DNA from: a virus
Lineage: Duplodnaviria; Caudoviricetes
DNA length: 61,170 nucleotides
Direction: 5' to 3' (one strand)
IMG/VR virus record: IMGVR_UViG_3300025131_008672
Location: 1-61,170 of that record
The number at the start of each line of letters is the position of its first letter. Position 1 is the first letter of the stretch. The notes beneath the pieces are model-generated. The model did not search any database. It was given only the letters and a program-made list of their open reading frames with translations, and was not told where the DNA came from. Made by a program: the position numbers and the translations under genes. Of the stretch, positions 28,572 through 38,113 are shown piece by piece.

Positions 28572-31500
28572 TAGACTCCCACCCCTGGAACTCCAGCGGG
28601 GGCGCCTGGGCCCTCTGCGGGCGGGTCGTCAAATCCGCCCGGACCAGGACCCGAGGACACCGAGGCCACAATATCGCCATCTCGCAACGCATCAATAAGT
28701 CCCTTCGGCTCGTCTCCTGATGTAATTGAACCAGCTAACTGGAATATCTTGACAGCGCGAGGATCTTCTCCACCGTAGTAATACCACAACTTTATACGTG
28801 CGCGCGGGCGACTAAGTACTCCCTCCGTTTGGCGTCTGCGCGTGAAAAACACCTCATACACACCTTCTTCTTCCCCAAAAATAGATTTAGCACGTGACGT
28901 AACAAAATTACGCCCATCTTCGGGCACCGTATAGGTCGGGATACTAGCCAAAAATGCTTCATTTAGAGAAACCGGGTCGTTGTCCGGAAGAGCGAAGCGC
29001 AATATATTATTAATGGCCGTTCCACCAATAATTAATCTATCCTCTAACATATAGTCTATAATGTCCTCAAAAGTGGCGGTGCCGGTGGCGGAAGCTTGAC
29101 GAGCATTCGCGGCCGCGTTCTCTTCTTCGGATACAGGGGGGGTGGCTGGATATGAGTGGTTCGCAAAAAGAGTATTATTAGGAAAGGCGATTCTATTATC
29201 TCCATAAGTAATGCCCCCCTGATTTGATACCAGGTCGCGGCTAATCTTGCGATTGAAGTAGGCGACCAGATCTTCCCGCATGGTTATCGTTCCCGATGCT
29301 TCCAAAGTATCGAGGAATCGCGTAATTGAAAGCCTAATTTGACTCTTAATATATTTGAACACAAAGCCCTCTTTGTCCCGCATTATCTCCCCCACCTTAA
29401 ATGCAGAGAGAACAAAAATATTTTTAACGACGACCTCGGCCACATGAGTTTGGAACAACAAGAGATACAGTCCATATTTAATAATATCCCGAACGATCAC
29501 GCGGAGGGGCATCCCTTCTCGATTTCTGCTACACGCGGCCTCCACATATTCTTCACGCATTTGTTGAAAAATTCCTTTAATATCTAATAGGTCGCCAGAT
29601 TGATGCGGAGGACAATCAGGATTCGGGAACAGGCTTAAAGATTGCAGTGTCCCCGCGTCGAATATTCCATTACGAACTACATAATCAAACATCCCATCTA
29701 CCAGAAGGGCATACACAATAGGAAAATGTTTGCTCTCCACCTCGCGCTTCTGGGATGCCGACAAACCAAGAGAAGCTTTGTCTCCAGACCCGGTGGGGCG
29801 TGGGGATGGGTTCCTGCTGGGGTCTGCCTCAAATAAAGCGTACTTAAACTTGTCTACAAATGGTTTCAAATAAACATTCTGTTCATTTAATGTTGGTGTT
29901 TCAAAGGCCTGTTCTGTGGCACTTGAACTAATATATGTAGAAAAAGATTCCTCGGGAATTAGGTCCCCTGACGAATGAAAATTCATAATTAAATTAGGAG
30001 TCTCTGGTAGCTCGCGCGGGTATATCAATTCTAGATAGCTGCGGCTCGTTTCAAGTTCCGAAGGCGAAAAAGATTCTATCGCTTCATTAACATACTGTAC
30101 ATATTGAATTTCAAGTGCGTCGGGGCCCAAAAATGTTAAAGCACAATTATTCTCTTCTTCATAATCTCTTTTGATCATCACATATATGCCGGCGTTCAGA
30201 AGTTCTGGCCCATAGATAGCAAAATATGCTTTAATTGCGTCTAGTAGAACGGGAGTTAGTTTCTTTAAGGGTATTGTATGAGTGGCCTGCGATGCAAAAC
30301 GTAACTCCTTAAAGGCTTGAGGGGATATAGTTTCAAAATTGGGTATTGTAATATTGGGATTGTCCGCATATTCCCCAAAACCATAACTCGATCCTTGGCC
30401 AACACTAATCATCAACACGCGATATATCAGTGATGCTATAAATTGTTCTGTTCGGGTACAACTGGCTGGGCCGACTGGGATACCCGTAATGGGGTCGACT
30501 TGGCCGACGCCGCTAACTTCGGCTCCTGAAACCATCGAAGGAGGCCGAACACCAAAACTATATGGCGCCAGAAATGGAAAGCTAAAATTCAAATGAATGG
30601 GCTGGAACTGTGTTAGGTCGGCTTCCATGGCTTGGAACTCGCCCTCTTCGGGGGGAGGGTCCCCCACGCTGGAGCCAAAATGTAAGGGAATCGCAACACG
30701 CCCGTTGGCATAGGTCGTCTCGCCTATATTAATATAATTGATAAACTCTCTCAAATAGTTTACATTAAATCGATAGGAAGCAAAAGGTGTTAAGCCCCCG
30801 CCGCCGGGGCCTCCAGCTACAATATCTTCGGGCTTCATGCTTTCCAGTTGATCCCGGACACCTTCAATACTATCTAAAAATTCCGGATCTGATAAAACAC
30901 CAGCAATGACGTTAGTAATATTTGCTGCAAATTCGGCAGCCGACGCAACATCAAATCCAGCAATGGTGGATAAATCTATCTCACACTGTTCAAGATCCAG
31001 GGAAGCGATCGTGTCGAGAACCTTTACAATATTCTCCAAAAATCTAGGATCCAATTCGCCAAGACTACTTGTGTCAACTTCGGCATCGACTAAATTAGAA
31101 AAAATATTGGAGCCGCCGGTACCAGTCACCATACGTGGCTCCAATAATATATTTTTAACGGAGCCCACAGATTCGTTAAACTGTGTTGCAACAGTGTGAG
31201 TCAACGTCGAAAAGACTTCCGGAATTGCCACCGTGATAGTGGGGTCATTAAGAAAATTATCGCGGTCCGGACAATCCAGATTAATCTCAGGCATTTGAAG
31301 CTGGAGTCCATTCTCGAAAATATCAACCAACTCTATCATATCTCCTGTAAGAGGATCTCGGGGCGCCAAACATATATCTATGCGTTCTTTGTTTAGCACA
31401 TATACCTCATTGGCAATTTCATTACAGAGTTCGGTAACGTCCACATATTGAGATACTTGTGCTATGAATGCCGTCATGGACGACCAACTTACAAGCTCAT

Positions 31501-33430
31501 GACGAATGTAAGGGTGAGGATATTCTTCATTAAACTCAATCATTTTATCCATCAAAGGACCAGACATATTAGAGCGCTCGCTAGCCTGAAACAAGATACA
31601 TATCTCGGTTGATGTAAGAATTCCAGAAAGGGCCCTTAAATAAATGGACAACTCTTCAGGAGTGATTGCTCGGGTGTTCGCAATCTGATCCAGGGGGGAA
31701 CCTGGCCCCCCAAGCAGCCCGGGGTTGATGGGGTTTATCATCGCCACAATATCTTGCGCGCCTTCATCTTGGGCACGTGGATTTGTAAATGGACACTCAA
31801 ACTTCAGAATCTCGGCCAACTTTTTAATTATTTCTATAGCAGCTTGCTGGAGTGTGTCGACAACGATTTGTAAAATTTCTTTCCAGATCTCTGGACCAAT
31901 CGAAAAAAGTTGAAACTGATCTGGATCAATCTTGGGCTTAGAAATCGAAGTGCGGGGGAGTGTTGGGGGGTAATAGAGCGACGATTTAATTTCAGATAAG
32001 GATTTCTGGACTGCTTGTGTTACTCGGCTGATGGAGATATTAAGCCCCATCATTAAACACATCACAGCTTCTTTAGCGAGTTCTTCAATCCCCAGTTCTC
32101 TAAACAATCGGTCAATTACAGGATTTTTTTCAACAAACGCAAAGGGGCCGTTCTGTAAGATATTGTCTAGCTTCTTGGAAATATCCACGGCGGCATCCAA
32201 AGCCTTCTCCACATTTGCCGCTTGCACGGCAGCAAAAACCTCCGGATTGTCCGCCACCCTTATCTTAAGAGACCGTAGTTCAGCTGAGTTAAAAGCAGTT
32301 TTAAATCCTTTTTCGAGTGCCTCGGTGTTGGTTATATCGATAAGCTCAAATTCTTTGGCCGCCTCCATAAAAAGATTTTCTGCTTCTTTGAAGAGGTTGG
32401 GGGGAGGAGTGTCGAAGATGCTACCCATCTGCCCCAAAGAACCAGTCACTTCGGGGTGAGTCAAAAATTCCATAAATGAAAAACCACTATTAGAACCCAT
32501 CCCCAATGGGCCGCTGGTATTCACAGCTTCAAGCATCAGCTCATAATTTTTGAGAACAGCAAGCGTGAGGGGATCGCGTAGTTTGTTGTTATATTTCATT
32601 TGAGAAATATAACCTATAGTCATTGGTCGCGATCCGAGAGAGTCTTCAACAAGAAGATAATCCATGCGCACAATTGCAAGACGATCGGGGGCGCCCTCTC
32701 GGGATTGCGTCCCAAACGAAATAGTGATGGTGTCGGCCTCACTAAAAGCATAGGAAGGTTTTCCCACATTTAGTTGCCTGGACAACATAGTTATAGCCTT
32801 ATTGAGAACGGCGTTTGTGCTTAATTGCAAAATATTAAAATCTACATTAATATTAAGTTGACCCTCAAAGCCCTGCATTTGTTGATTATAGGTCTTGAGG
32901 CCGTCGTTCAAAGATTTATTTGTTTTCCCCAAATGCGCTACATCAAATGTACTTGCTGACGACATTCCGGTATTGCCTTGTTGGGTATTAAAAAATGTTA
33001 ATGTTTCTTCATATGAAGGCATTTTTTCGGCAGCTATTAGCTGCTGCCGTTTTTTCTGTACCGGGTATAAAACAGTACAAATCATAAGCCATTTAGCGGG
33101 GTAGGCGCCCATACTGCCCACTCCCTCTACGTTCGTACGCTTCGTTAGATCTTCGATGAGCTCTTCAGCAACAGTGATATCTGCATTAGTCATTAATGCA
33201 AAAGCTGTTTCATCATACAAGTAAGCATAAAATTCAGGGAAAAAATACGTTACAAACCGGCGTACAGCACGTTTTTTAATATACTGCATGTCGGCCGACG
33301 TAAAATCACCTGGTTCCGTATTGTCCGGATCGTCAAGCTTATTTTTTTTAATACGTAATTTTACTCGGTACAGCTCTGATTTGGCTTCATAAAAAGGAAT
33401 ATTAAATATTTCGCCCTTGTATCGTTTCAT
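28571..33430 (-). CDS. Large acidic, probably helical hypothetical protein, 1619 aa (putative virion protein)
   Basis: Long ORF, AGGA SD; located between spike-like gene and gp25. Confidence 0.5.
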   Translation of the reverse strand: MKRYKGEIFNIPFYEAKSELYRVKLRIKKNKLDDPDNTEPGDFTSADMQYIKKRAVRRFVTYFFPEFYAYLYDETAFALMTNADITVAEELIEDLTKRTNVEGVGSMGAYPAKWLMICTVLYPVQKKRQQLIAAEKMPSYEETLTFFNTQQGNTGMSSASTFDVAHLGKTNKSLNDGLKTYNQQMQGFEGQLNINVDFNILQLSTNAVLNKAITMLSRQLNVGKPSYAFSEADTITISFGTQSREGAPDRLAIVRMDYLLVEDSLGSRPMTIGYISQMKYNNKLRDPLTLAVLKNYELMLEAVNTSGPLGMGSNSGFSFMEFLTHPEVTGSLGQMGSIFDTPPPNLFKEAENLFMEAAKEFELIDITNTEALEKGFKTAFNSAELRSLKIRVADNPEVFAAVQAANVEKALDAAVDISKKLDNILQNGPFAFVEKNPVIDRLFRELGIEELAKEAVMCLMMGLNISISRVTQAVQKSLSEIKSSLYYPPTLPRTSISKPKIDPDQFQLFSIGPEIWKEILQIVVDTLQQAAIEIIKKLAEILKFECPFTNPRAQDEGAQDIVAMINPINPGLLGGPGSPLDQIANTRAITPEELSIYLRALSGILTSTEICILFQASERSNMSGPLMDKMIEFNEEYPHPYIRHELVSWSSMTAFIAQVSQYVDVTELCNEIANEVYVLNKERIDICLAPRDPLTGDMIELVDIFENGLQLQMPEINLDCPDRDNFLNDPTITVAIPEVFSTLTHTVATQFNESVGSVKNILLEPRMVTGTGGSNIFSNLVDAEVDTSSLGELDPRFLENIVKVLDTIASLDLEQCEIDLSTIAGFDVASAAEFAANITNVIAGVLSDPEFLDSIEGVRDQLESMKPEDIVAGGPGGGGLTPFASYRFNVNYLREFINYINIGETTYANGRVAIPLHFGSSVGDPPPEEGEFQAMEADLTQFQPIHLNFSFPFLAPYSFGVRPPSMVSGAEVSGVGQVDPITGIPVGPASCTRTEQFIASLIYRVLMISVGQGSSYGFGEYADNPNITIPNFETISPQAFKELRFASQATHTIPLKKLTPVLLDAIKAYFAIYGPELLNAGIYVMIKRDYEEENNCALTFLGPDALEIQYVQYVNEAIESFSPSELETSRSYLELIYPRELPETPNLIMNFHSSGDLIPEESFSTYISSSATEQAFETPTLNEQNVYLKPFVDKFKYALFEADPSRNPSPRPTGSGDKASLGLSASQKREVESKHFPIVYALLVDGMFDYVVRNGIFDAGTLQSLSLFPNPDCPPHQSGDLLDIKGIFQQMREEYVEAACSRNREGMPLRVIVRDIIKYGLYLLLFQTHVAEVVVKNIFVLSAFKVGEIMRDKEGFVFKYIKSQIRLSITRFLDTLEASGTITMREDLVAYFNRKISRDLVSNQGGITYGDNRIAFPNNTLFANHSYPATPPVSEEENAAANARQASATGTATFEDIIDYMLEDRLIIGGTAINNILRFALPDNDPVSLNEAFLASIPTYTVPEDGRNFVTSRAKSIFGEEEGVYEVFFTRRRQTEGVLSRPRARIKLWYYYGGEDPRAVKIFQLAGSITSGDEPKGLIDALRDGDIVASVSSGPGPGGFDDPPAEGPGAPAGVPGVGV

Positions 33431-33466
33431 AATGTTTCCTAGTTTACCCTCTTAAACAACCTTATC

Positions 33467-34465
33467 TTAATTGGTGTGGTTGTACTTACTTAAAATAAAT
33501 AAACTTTGTCCCCCGCCCCCGATGTCGACCGTTTCGGCCCCCCCCGGTGCTTCTAGATAATTTTGCTGAACTCCTACTAAAGATGTACCGTGAGTTTCCA
33601 GTTGGACTTCAACATTAGTAATCTTATTAATCAATACTTCTACTCCCTTTGGCACCAATTCATCCAAGCTGGGTGAAGTAGGAATTCCAAAAAAGGGAGA
33701 ATAGTGTTTATGAGTTAAAAGTGTTTGAGTGAGTTCTCTATCATATGTAACAAAATTTTTAAACAGCCCGCGGAGGGTATGGATAGACGCCACGATTTCT
33801 TTTAGGCACTCATTAAGATTGTTTCCTTTAACAAGTGGTTGTAGGGCGCCCGGTCGGTCATCGTTCATGGCTATCAGATTAATCCCGAATAACGACTTAT
33901 CCAGATCAGTGAGGTCCCCTCCTTGAGAATTCTTACGATCTGTTTTCGTAACAAGTTTAATGTTCTCTCTTGCGATAAAACGTAAAGTATCAGCTTTCAT
34001 GGCCACCGTACTTCGCGGGCTTTTCAAAGTTGTGTTTCCGACGGTGCCTGCAGCAAGTCCAAAATGATAATCGGGATTAGATCTTTGAGAAAGATATATC
34101 CGGGCTGCGTCTAATTTAAAATTCGGATCCACCAAATTAAGTTTGCCGGCGCCATCTTGTTTAGCTGCCAGGTTGCCCAAACGGCCCGCTACAATATCGA
34201 TCGCCGCGCAATGACTATTGCGCTGACCTCCAAAGCCAGATAAAATATTATTAGGGCGGTCAAGGCCCAATACTATGAAAGAGTTCCCTTTGCTTCTTAC
34301 GTCCTCTACGTTTGTAGTAATATAATCGGGCACATCGAAATCTGAGCGCGAGCCATCGCCGAATCCAAAAAAGTGTGCCTTGCCTACCGCATCGAGCCCA
34401 TCATAAAAAGCACGAGTGGTGGGTGGCAGTTTGCTAAGATTAATTGCGCGTGTAGTTTTTCCCAT
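33467..34465 (-). CDS. Putative baseplate central spike (gp5 C-terminal/gpV-like)
   Basis: Short beta-strand repeats (ARIYLSQ, STVAMKADTLRFIARENIKLVT) followed by an HxH motif (THKH) as in iron-binding spike tips; baseplate context. Confidence 0.45.
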   Translation of the reverse strand: MGKTTRAINLSKLPPTTRAFYDGLDAVGKAHFFGFGDGSRSDFDVPDYITTNVEDVRSKGNSFIVLGLDRPNNILSGFGGQRNSHCAAIDIVAGRLGNLAAKQDGAGKLNLVDPNFKLDAARIYLSQRSNPDYHFGLAAGTVGNTTLKSPRSTVAMKADTLRFIARENIKLVTKTDRKNSQGGDLTDLDKSLFGINLIAMNDDRPGALQPLVKGNNLNECLKEIVASIHTLRGLFKNFVTYDRELTQTLLTHKHYSPFFGIPTSPSLDELVPKGVEVLINKITNVEVQLETHGTSLVGVQQNYLEAPGGAETVDIGGGGQSLFILSKYNHTN

Positions 34466-34492
34466 TTGTTATTTCCTAAACTCCTTCTAGGT

Positions 34493-36157
34493 CTATGTCC
34501 AGGCCATCTCGCGGTCGTACCGGGCCCTGGCCTTGTCGGTGGAACGGAAAGTGTCTCCCGGGCTGACACCCGTGGCTGCGAAAACATGATCTCTGTGGTG
34601 GTTTCTAATCTCCTTGTTAAGGTACGGCGCCTTGAGGGTGGTCTTGGGGGGGCCCGTTTTGCCGGGATTTGTCGGGCCAACGCCCCAGTGCCAGAACTCG
34701 CGGAACAGCCGGCGCATCCCCGCATCATATAAACCCTGATAAATTGGGCCATGGGCTAAAACATCGGCTTTTATTTGGCCTTGGTTTAAATCGACGGCCT
34801 GTCCTTCTGTATGAAAACCATTACACGGGTGAGCTACGGAGGATTCACCTGGGAACAGGGCTCGGCCATGATAGTCCTTCTTCGTACTGTAGGTACCTTC
34901 CCCTTTGAGTGCCTTCTCCTTACCTGTGCCCCACGTCGCAGGGTCGTATCGCCAATGCTTGGATTTTTTTTTCCTCCCCCATTTGCAGCCCGGGCCGGGG
35001 CAACTGTACAGTTGCCTCCCCCTCGAATCGAACTTGCCGGGGCGGATCACTTTAGTTGCTGGGCCCGGGACCCCTTTTACTAAATAAGCTTTTCGTTGGC
35101 CCGCAAACGTTCGGCCACTATCGCCGAAGGGCTTAAATTTAAAATTAGCATATTGACCGCCATTCTTGCGTATATTTTTAGCAGCTTGGCGCAGTCGATT
35201 AATCAGATCCTGATGTACATTTCTCATTGCGGGAAGATACTCATCGCCGGGGAACTTTGCAACCTTTACGGAGCCCTTCTGGCTCAGGAGGCCCCATTTT
35301 TTGCCGATATGATGTTCTTTATCGCGAGTCAAACATTCTGCTTCCGTGACTGGTACAAGTCGGCCCTTATAATCCCGGACTTCCTGTTCCGGGTCATAAT
35401 TGTTGGGATCATAAGTTATAAGAGTCTCACCACCCACCGGCATCCCGGCGGAATTCCCAGATGGGCTACCATAATTTCCGCTTCCTGCGGCAAGTCCGCC
35501 GCCGCCGGACCCTCCCCCCACCCGTTTAGAAAAGGGCTCATCCTGAATTTGAATTCCTTCTTTGAGGATTCGAGTAATACGAGGGTTATACAGATTTTCA
35601 GCATTTTCATAAGTTACAACCACGAGAGTCCCGTTAGCTATGGCACCCATGCCGCCAGGTATGTCGGCCTGAACTTCGGGAAGCGACAGTGTAACGGGAT
35701 CCTTGATGTTTCCAAAGCCGGGGACTGGGCGAGGGTCAAGCTCAGGGATGAACACCTTATATATGTATCTTAAGCTCATTTCTTTCTGCGTCATGCTCAC
35801 GAAGTCCCCGGCGGCTTCGGTCGCGGCTTCTTGGGCGCCCTCTTGCTCATGGGCCGCACCGGCCGCGCGGTAGCGGTTGAGGTGATCATTCGCTGTAAGA
35901 TTATCCGTATATTGCTCCATGCGGGCGCCGATGTTTGTGGGACCAGGGGCGGTGCTGTCATAAGAGGCTACCACAATTCCATTATAACTATTGCGATGGC
36001 CGAGAGCATTAGGAGCATAGGCATCTTGAGTTGTGCGGCGAAGGGAGCGGAGATTAGTAGTACGTCGCGGATCGCCTGTCGTACCTCGATCACTGGAGTC
36101 ACCTACGTTGTTTAGGGTTCCCTGGTTTAAGTTTGCTAGTGTTAACGGATTAGCCAC
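34493..36157 (-). CDS. Baseplate-associated peptidoglycan peptidase, M15 (Hedgehog/DD-peptidase) family
   Basis: GRTFAGQ...GFHTEGQAVDL...REFWHW match the M15 R-x-x-x-Q, H-x6-D and E-x-W-H motifs; N-terminal YKVFIPE...GTLVVVTY resembles a gp5 OB-fold; Gly-rich linker. Confidence 0.7.
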   Translation of the reverse strand: MANPLTLANLNQGTLNNVGDSSDRGTTGDPRRTTNLRSLRRTTQDAYAPNALGHRNSYNGIVVASYDSTAPGPTNIGARMEQYTDNLTANDHLNRYRAAGAAHEQEGAQEAATEAAGDFVSMTQKEMSLRYIYKVFIPELDPRPVPGFGNIKDPVTLSLPEVQADIPGGMGAIANGTLVVVTYENAENLYNPRITRILKEGIQIQDEPFSKRVGGGSGGGGLAAGSGNYGSPSGNSAGMPVGGETLITYDPNNYDPEQEVRDYKGRLVPVTEAECLTRDKEHHIGKKWGLLSQKGSVKVAKFPGDEYLPAMRNVHQDLINRLRQAAKNIRKNGGQYANFKFKPFGDSGRTFAGQRKAYLVKGVPGPATKVIRPGKFDSRGRQLYSCPGPGCKWGRKKKSKHWRYDPATWGTGKEKALKGEGTYSTKKDYHGRALFPGESSVAHPCNGFHTEGQAVDLNQGQIKADVLAHGPIYQGLYDAGMRRLFREFWHWGVGPTNPGKTGPPKTTLKAPYLNKEIRNHHRDHVFAATGVSPGDTFRSTDKARARYDREMAWT

Positions 36158-36470
36158 TGTTCGTATCCTCCTCTGATCCTTCGTTTAAAAGATCGAATAA
36201 TTGTTCTTTATCATCAGATGTTAGGCCGAATTGGTGAGATGTTTGTTTTTGAAGGAGAGCCGCTAGCTTAACCAACTGTTCGTTGGATCGTTGTAGATTC
36301 TCTATATACTTCGCGGCGATGGGTCCCAATTCGCGTCGCGAAGAATCTGATAACTTCATATCATTAAGTGCATCCATTAGCAACGACTTTGCCATCGCCC
36401 GGTCCTCGCGGATATTGGTGGTCGTTTCTTCTATATACTCATCTAAATTTAGATTTCGCCGTTTTCCCAT
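36150..36470 (-). CDS. Hypothetical helical protein, 106 aa
   Basis: AAGGAAAA-ATG; overlaps sigma stop and peptidase start. Confidence 0.65.
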   Translation of the reverse strand: MGKRRNLNLDEYIEETTTNIREDRAMAKSLLMDALNDMKLSDSSRRELGPIAAKYIENLQRSNEQLVKLAALLQKQTSHQFGLTSDDKEQLFDLLNEGSEEDTNSG

Positions 36471-37147
36471 TTTTCCTTAAAAGCCCTATATCGTTTTCTC
36501 AATTTATTAAGGTTATTTACAACCTGTTTTGTATTAAGGCCGGTGATCTCCCTCAAGTATAAATAAATAGCTTTTTTATTAAAAATTTCGATTGTATCCG
36601 CCGAGTCCAACAAAATACGAACCGCCATAAGAACCTTTTTCTCATTTTCTTTAAGCATAAAAGCATCCCAAGTATGGATCTCCTTGTCCAAAGAGTTCCA
36701 AAACTCCATCTCTGATCGCTGCTGCAGATAGGTTGCTTCTCGCGAGACCAGGTTTTCATCAAGCTCGTTTAAGATATCCTCCATAAATATCTCTGTTTGG
36801 TTCCTTTTTTGGGTTCTTTTAACCTTATGAATGAACCAATTCTTTGTAACAACCGAAAAATAGGAAAAAGCTTTCGATCCCTTCGAAGGATCATATTTAT
36901 TTAAAATTGTAGTAAGCCACACTTTGCAGTCTGATTTTAAATAATCTATATTAGGAAGAGTTGTAAAACGATACGTATATATAATTTTATCAACCATCTG
37001 GTCAAAAGCCGGCTGAATATATTCAATATATAACTTGGATCTTAGCTCCCTATCGTCAGTGTTTGCGTATTTTACTATTGCATCTTCATGAACTTGTGTA
37101 AAATAATAATTTTTAGTTGACTTCTTGCGCTTCTTCGTCCGCGACAT
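36449..37147 (-). CDS. Phage sigma factor, T4 gp55-like (late transcription)
   Basis: NYYFT N-terminus and KYDPSKGSKAFSYFSVVTKN region-2-like motif typical of gp55-family sigma factors; immediately upstream of structural genes. Confidence 0.7.
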   Translation of the reverse strand: MSRTKKRKKSTKNYYFTQVHEDAIVKYANTDDRELRSKLYIEYIQPAFDQMVDKIIYTYRFTTLPNIDYLKSDCKVWLTTILNKYDPSKGSKAFSYFSVVTKNWFIHKVKRTQKRNQTEIFMEDILNELDENLVSREATYLQQRSEMEFWNSLDKEIHTWDAFMLKENEKKVLMAVRILLDSADTIEIFNKKAIYLYLREITGLNTKQVVNNLNKLRKRYRAFKEKWENGEI

Positions 37148-37439
37148 TAAGCTCCTCCTCTAATTCTGTGTCTAAAGTATATTGAAATATGTCCCGAAAT
37201 TCTTCTACCTCTAAATTTACTTCTCTAATGCGCTGCAAGAGTTCTTGGATAATGGGCTCCCCACGAAAACTATCCATACTATAAAGAGAGCTCACAAAAA
37301 CTCGAAATGCCTTTGTGGTTAAAAAAAGATCTGCTAATGCACCAGATATAAAATAAAATTTCTTGAGTAACTTTAGTGCATACCACAATAAAAAGATATT
37401 AAGAACGAAAGAAAGTACTAATAGACTATAGGTTAACAT
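37113..37439 (-). CDS. Hypothetical protein with N-terminal transmembrane helix
   Basis: MLTYSLLVLSFVLNIFLLWYAL hydrophobic start; TAATG coupling. Confidence 0.65.
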   Translation of the reverse strand: MLTYSLLVLSFVLNIFLLWYALKLLKKFYFISGALADLFLTTKAFRVFVSSLYSMDSFRGEPIIQELLQRIREVNLEVEEFRDIFQYTLDTELEEELNVADEEAQEVN

Positions 37440-37687
37440 TATCGCTCCTTATCTAGATCACTACGATGTTGTTTAAGGTCTTCACGCGCGTCTTGGATGA
37501 ACTCTTCCGTAACGGTGCCCACACGCGTCGTCGGTTTAGAACGGCGCGACGTAGTAAAAGTAGTTAACGACTTAACAAGAGTTCCCTCGTTCTCGCAGTG
37601 AGGACATGGCGGTGCTTTTTCTTCAGAGAGATGAAAAAGTACACTGAGGGCGTCGCACGAAGTGCATCGATATTCGTATCGAGGCAC
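37439..37687 (-). CDS. FmdB-family zinc ribbon protein
   Basis: MPRYEYRCTSC...CPHC signature. Confidence 0.8.
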   Translation of the reverse strand: MPRYEYRCTSCDALSVLFHLSEEKAPPCPHCENEGTLVKSLTTFTTSRRSKPTTRVGTVTEEFIQDAREDLKQHRSDLDKER

Positions 37688-37688
37688 C

Positions 37689-37880
37689 CTACCGTTTCTC
37701 TAGGGCCGTCAATCGCGTATCAATATCATTGAGATGTTTTTCTAATTCCCGCGCCTGCGTGCGTAGTGCGCCGCGTAAGACCTCTTCTACAAGATCACGG
37801 ACCGCGCCGCGGCCCATACTCTGCCCTCCGGGGGCGCTGCTCCCTTTAGTTTTCTTCTGTGTCTTTCGTGTGGTTGCCAT
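37689..37880 (-). CDS. Hypothetical basic/coiled-coil protein, 63 aa
   Basis: GGAGGA SD; tight packing. Confidence 0.65.
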   Translation of the reverse strand: MATTRKTQKKTKGSSAPGGQSMGRGAVRDLVEEVLRGALRTQARELEKHLNDIDTRLTALEKR

Positions 37881-37881
37881 C

Positions 37882-38103
37882 TTAATTTTCCTCCATGGTT
37901 AGATGTTCTTCATTGTCTTCTAGTGTGACTCCTTCGAGTGAAACCACCGGAGGATTTGTCACCACCAGCACTGACTGGCTGGCATCTTCAGGGTCAACCT
38001 GAAAATTCATCTCCTGTAGAACTGGCACTATATCGCTCTGTTCCATTAGAGATTTTTGAAGCGCCATCATCAGGGCGCCAACTGCTTGGTTAGATAATTT
38101 CAT
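37882..38103 (-). CDS. Hypothetical protein (start revised to MKLSNQAV)
   Basis: TAAGGAGAAAAAAA-ATG at 38103. Confidence 0.7.
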   Translation of the reverse strand: MKLSNQAVGALMMALQKSLMEQSDIVPVLQEMNFQVDPEDASQSVLVVTNPPVVSLEGVTLEDNEEHLTMEEN

Positions 38104-38113
38104 TTTTTTCTCC

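Noticed and set aside
28571-33430. Tape measure protein call for the 1619-aa ORF
   Set aside because: Lacks the Ala/Gly-rich periodic repeats and typical position after tube/chaperone genes; left as unknown.
35096-35773. 225-aa plus-strand ORF, the longest antisense ORF, and the other plus-strand ORFs in the track
   Set aside because: All lie fully antisense to well-supported minus-strand genes and have no recognisable motifs; they are shadow ORFs.
23204-36157. Bacterial contractile injection system (eCIS/T6SS/tailocin)
   Set aside because: Flanked by phage primase, resolvase, gp55-like sigma and many small phage-type ORFs; no host housekeeping context.
36150-36470. Possible small terminase or gp33-like co-activator next to the sigma factor
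   Set aside because: Only size, helicity and position support it; no motif I can confirm.
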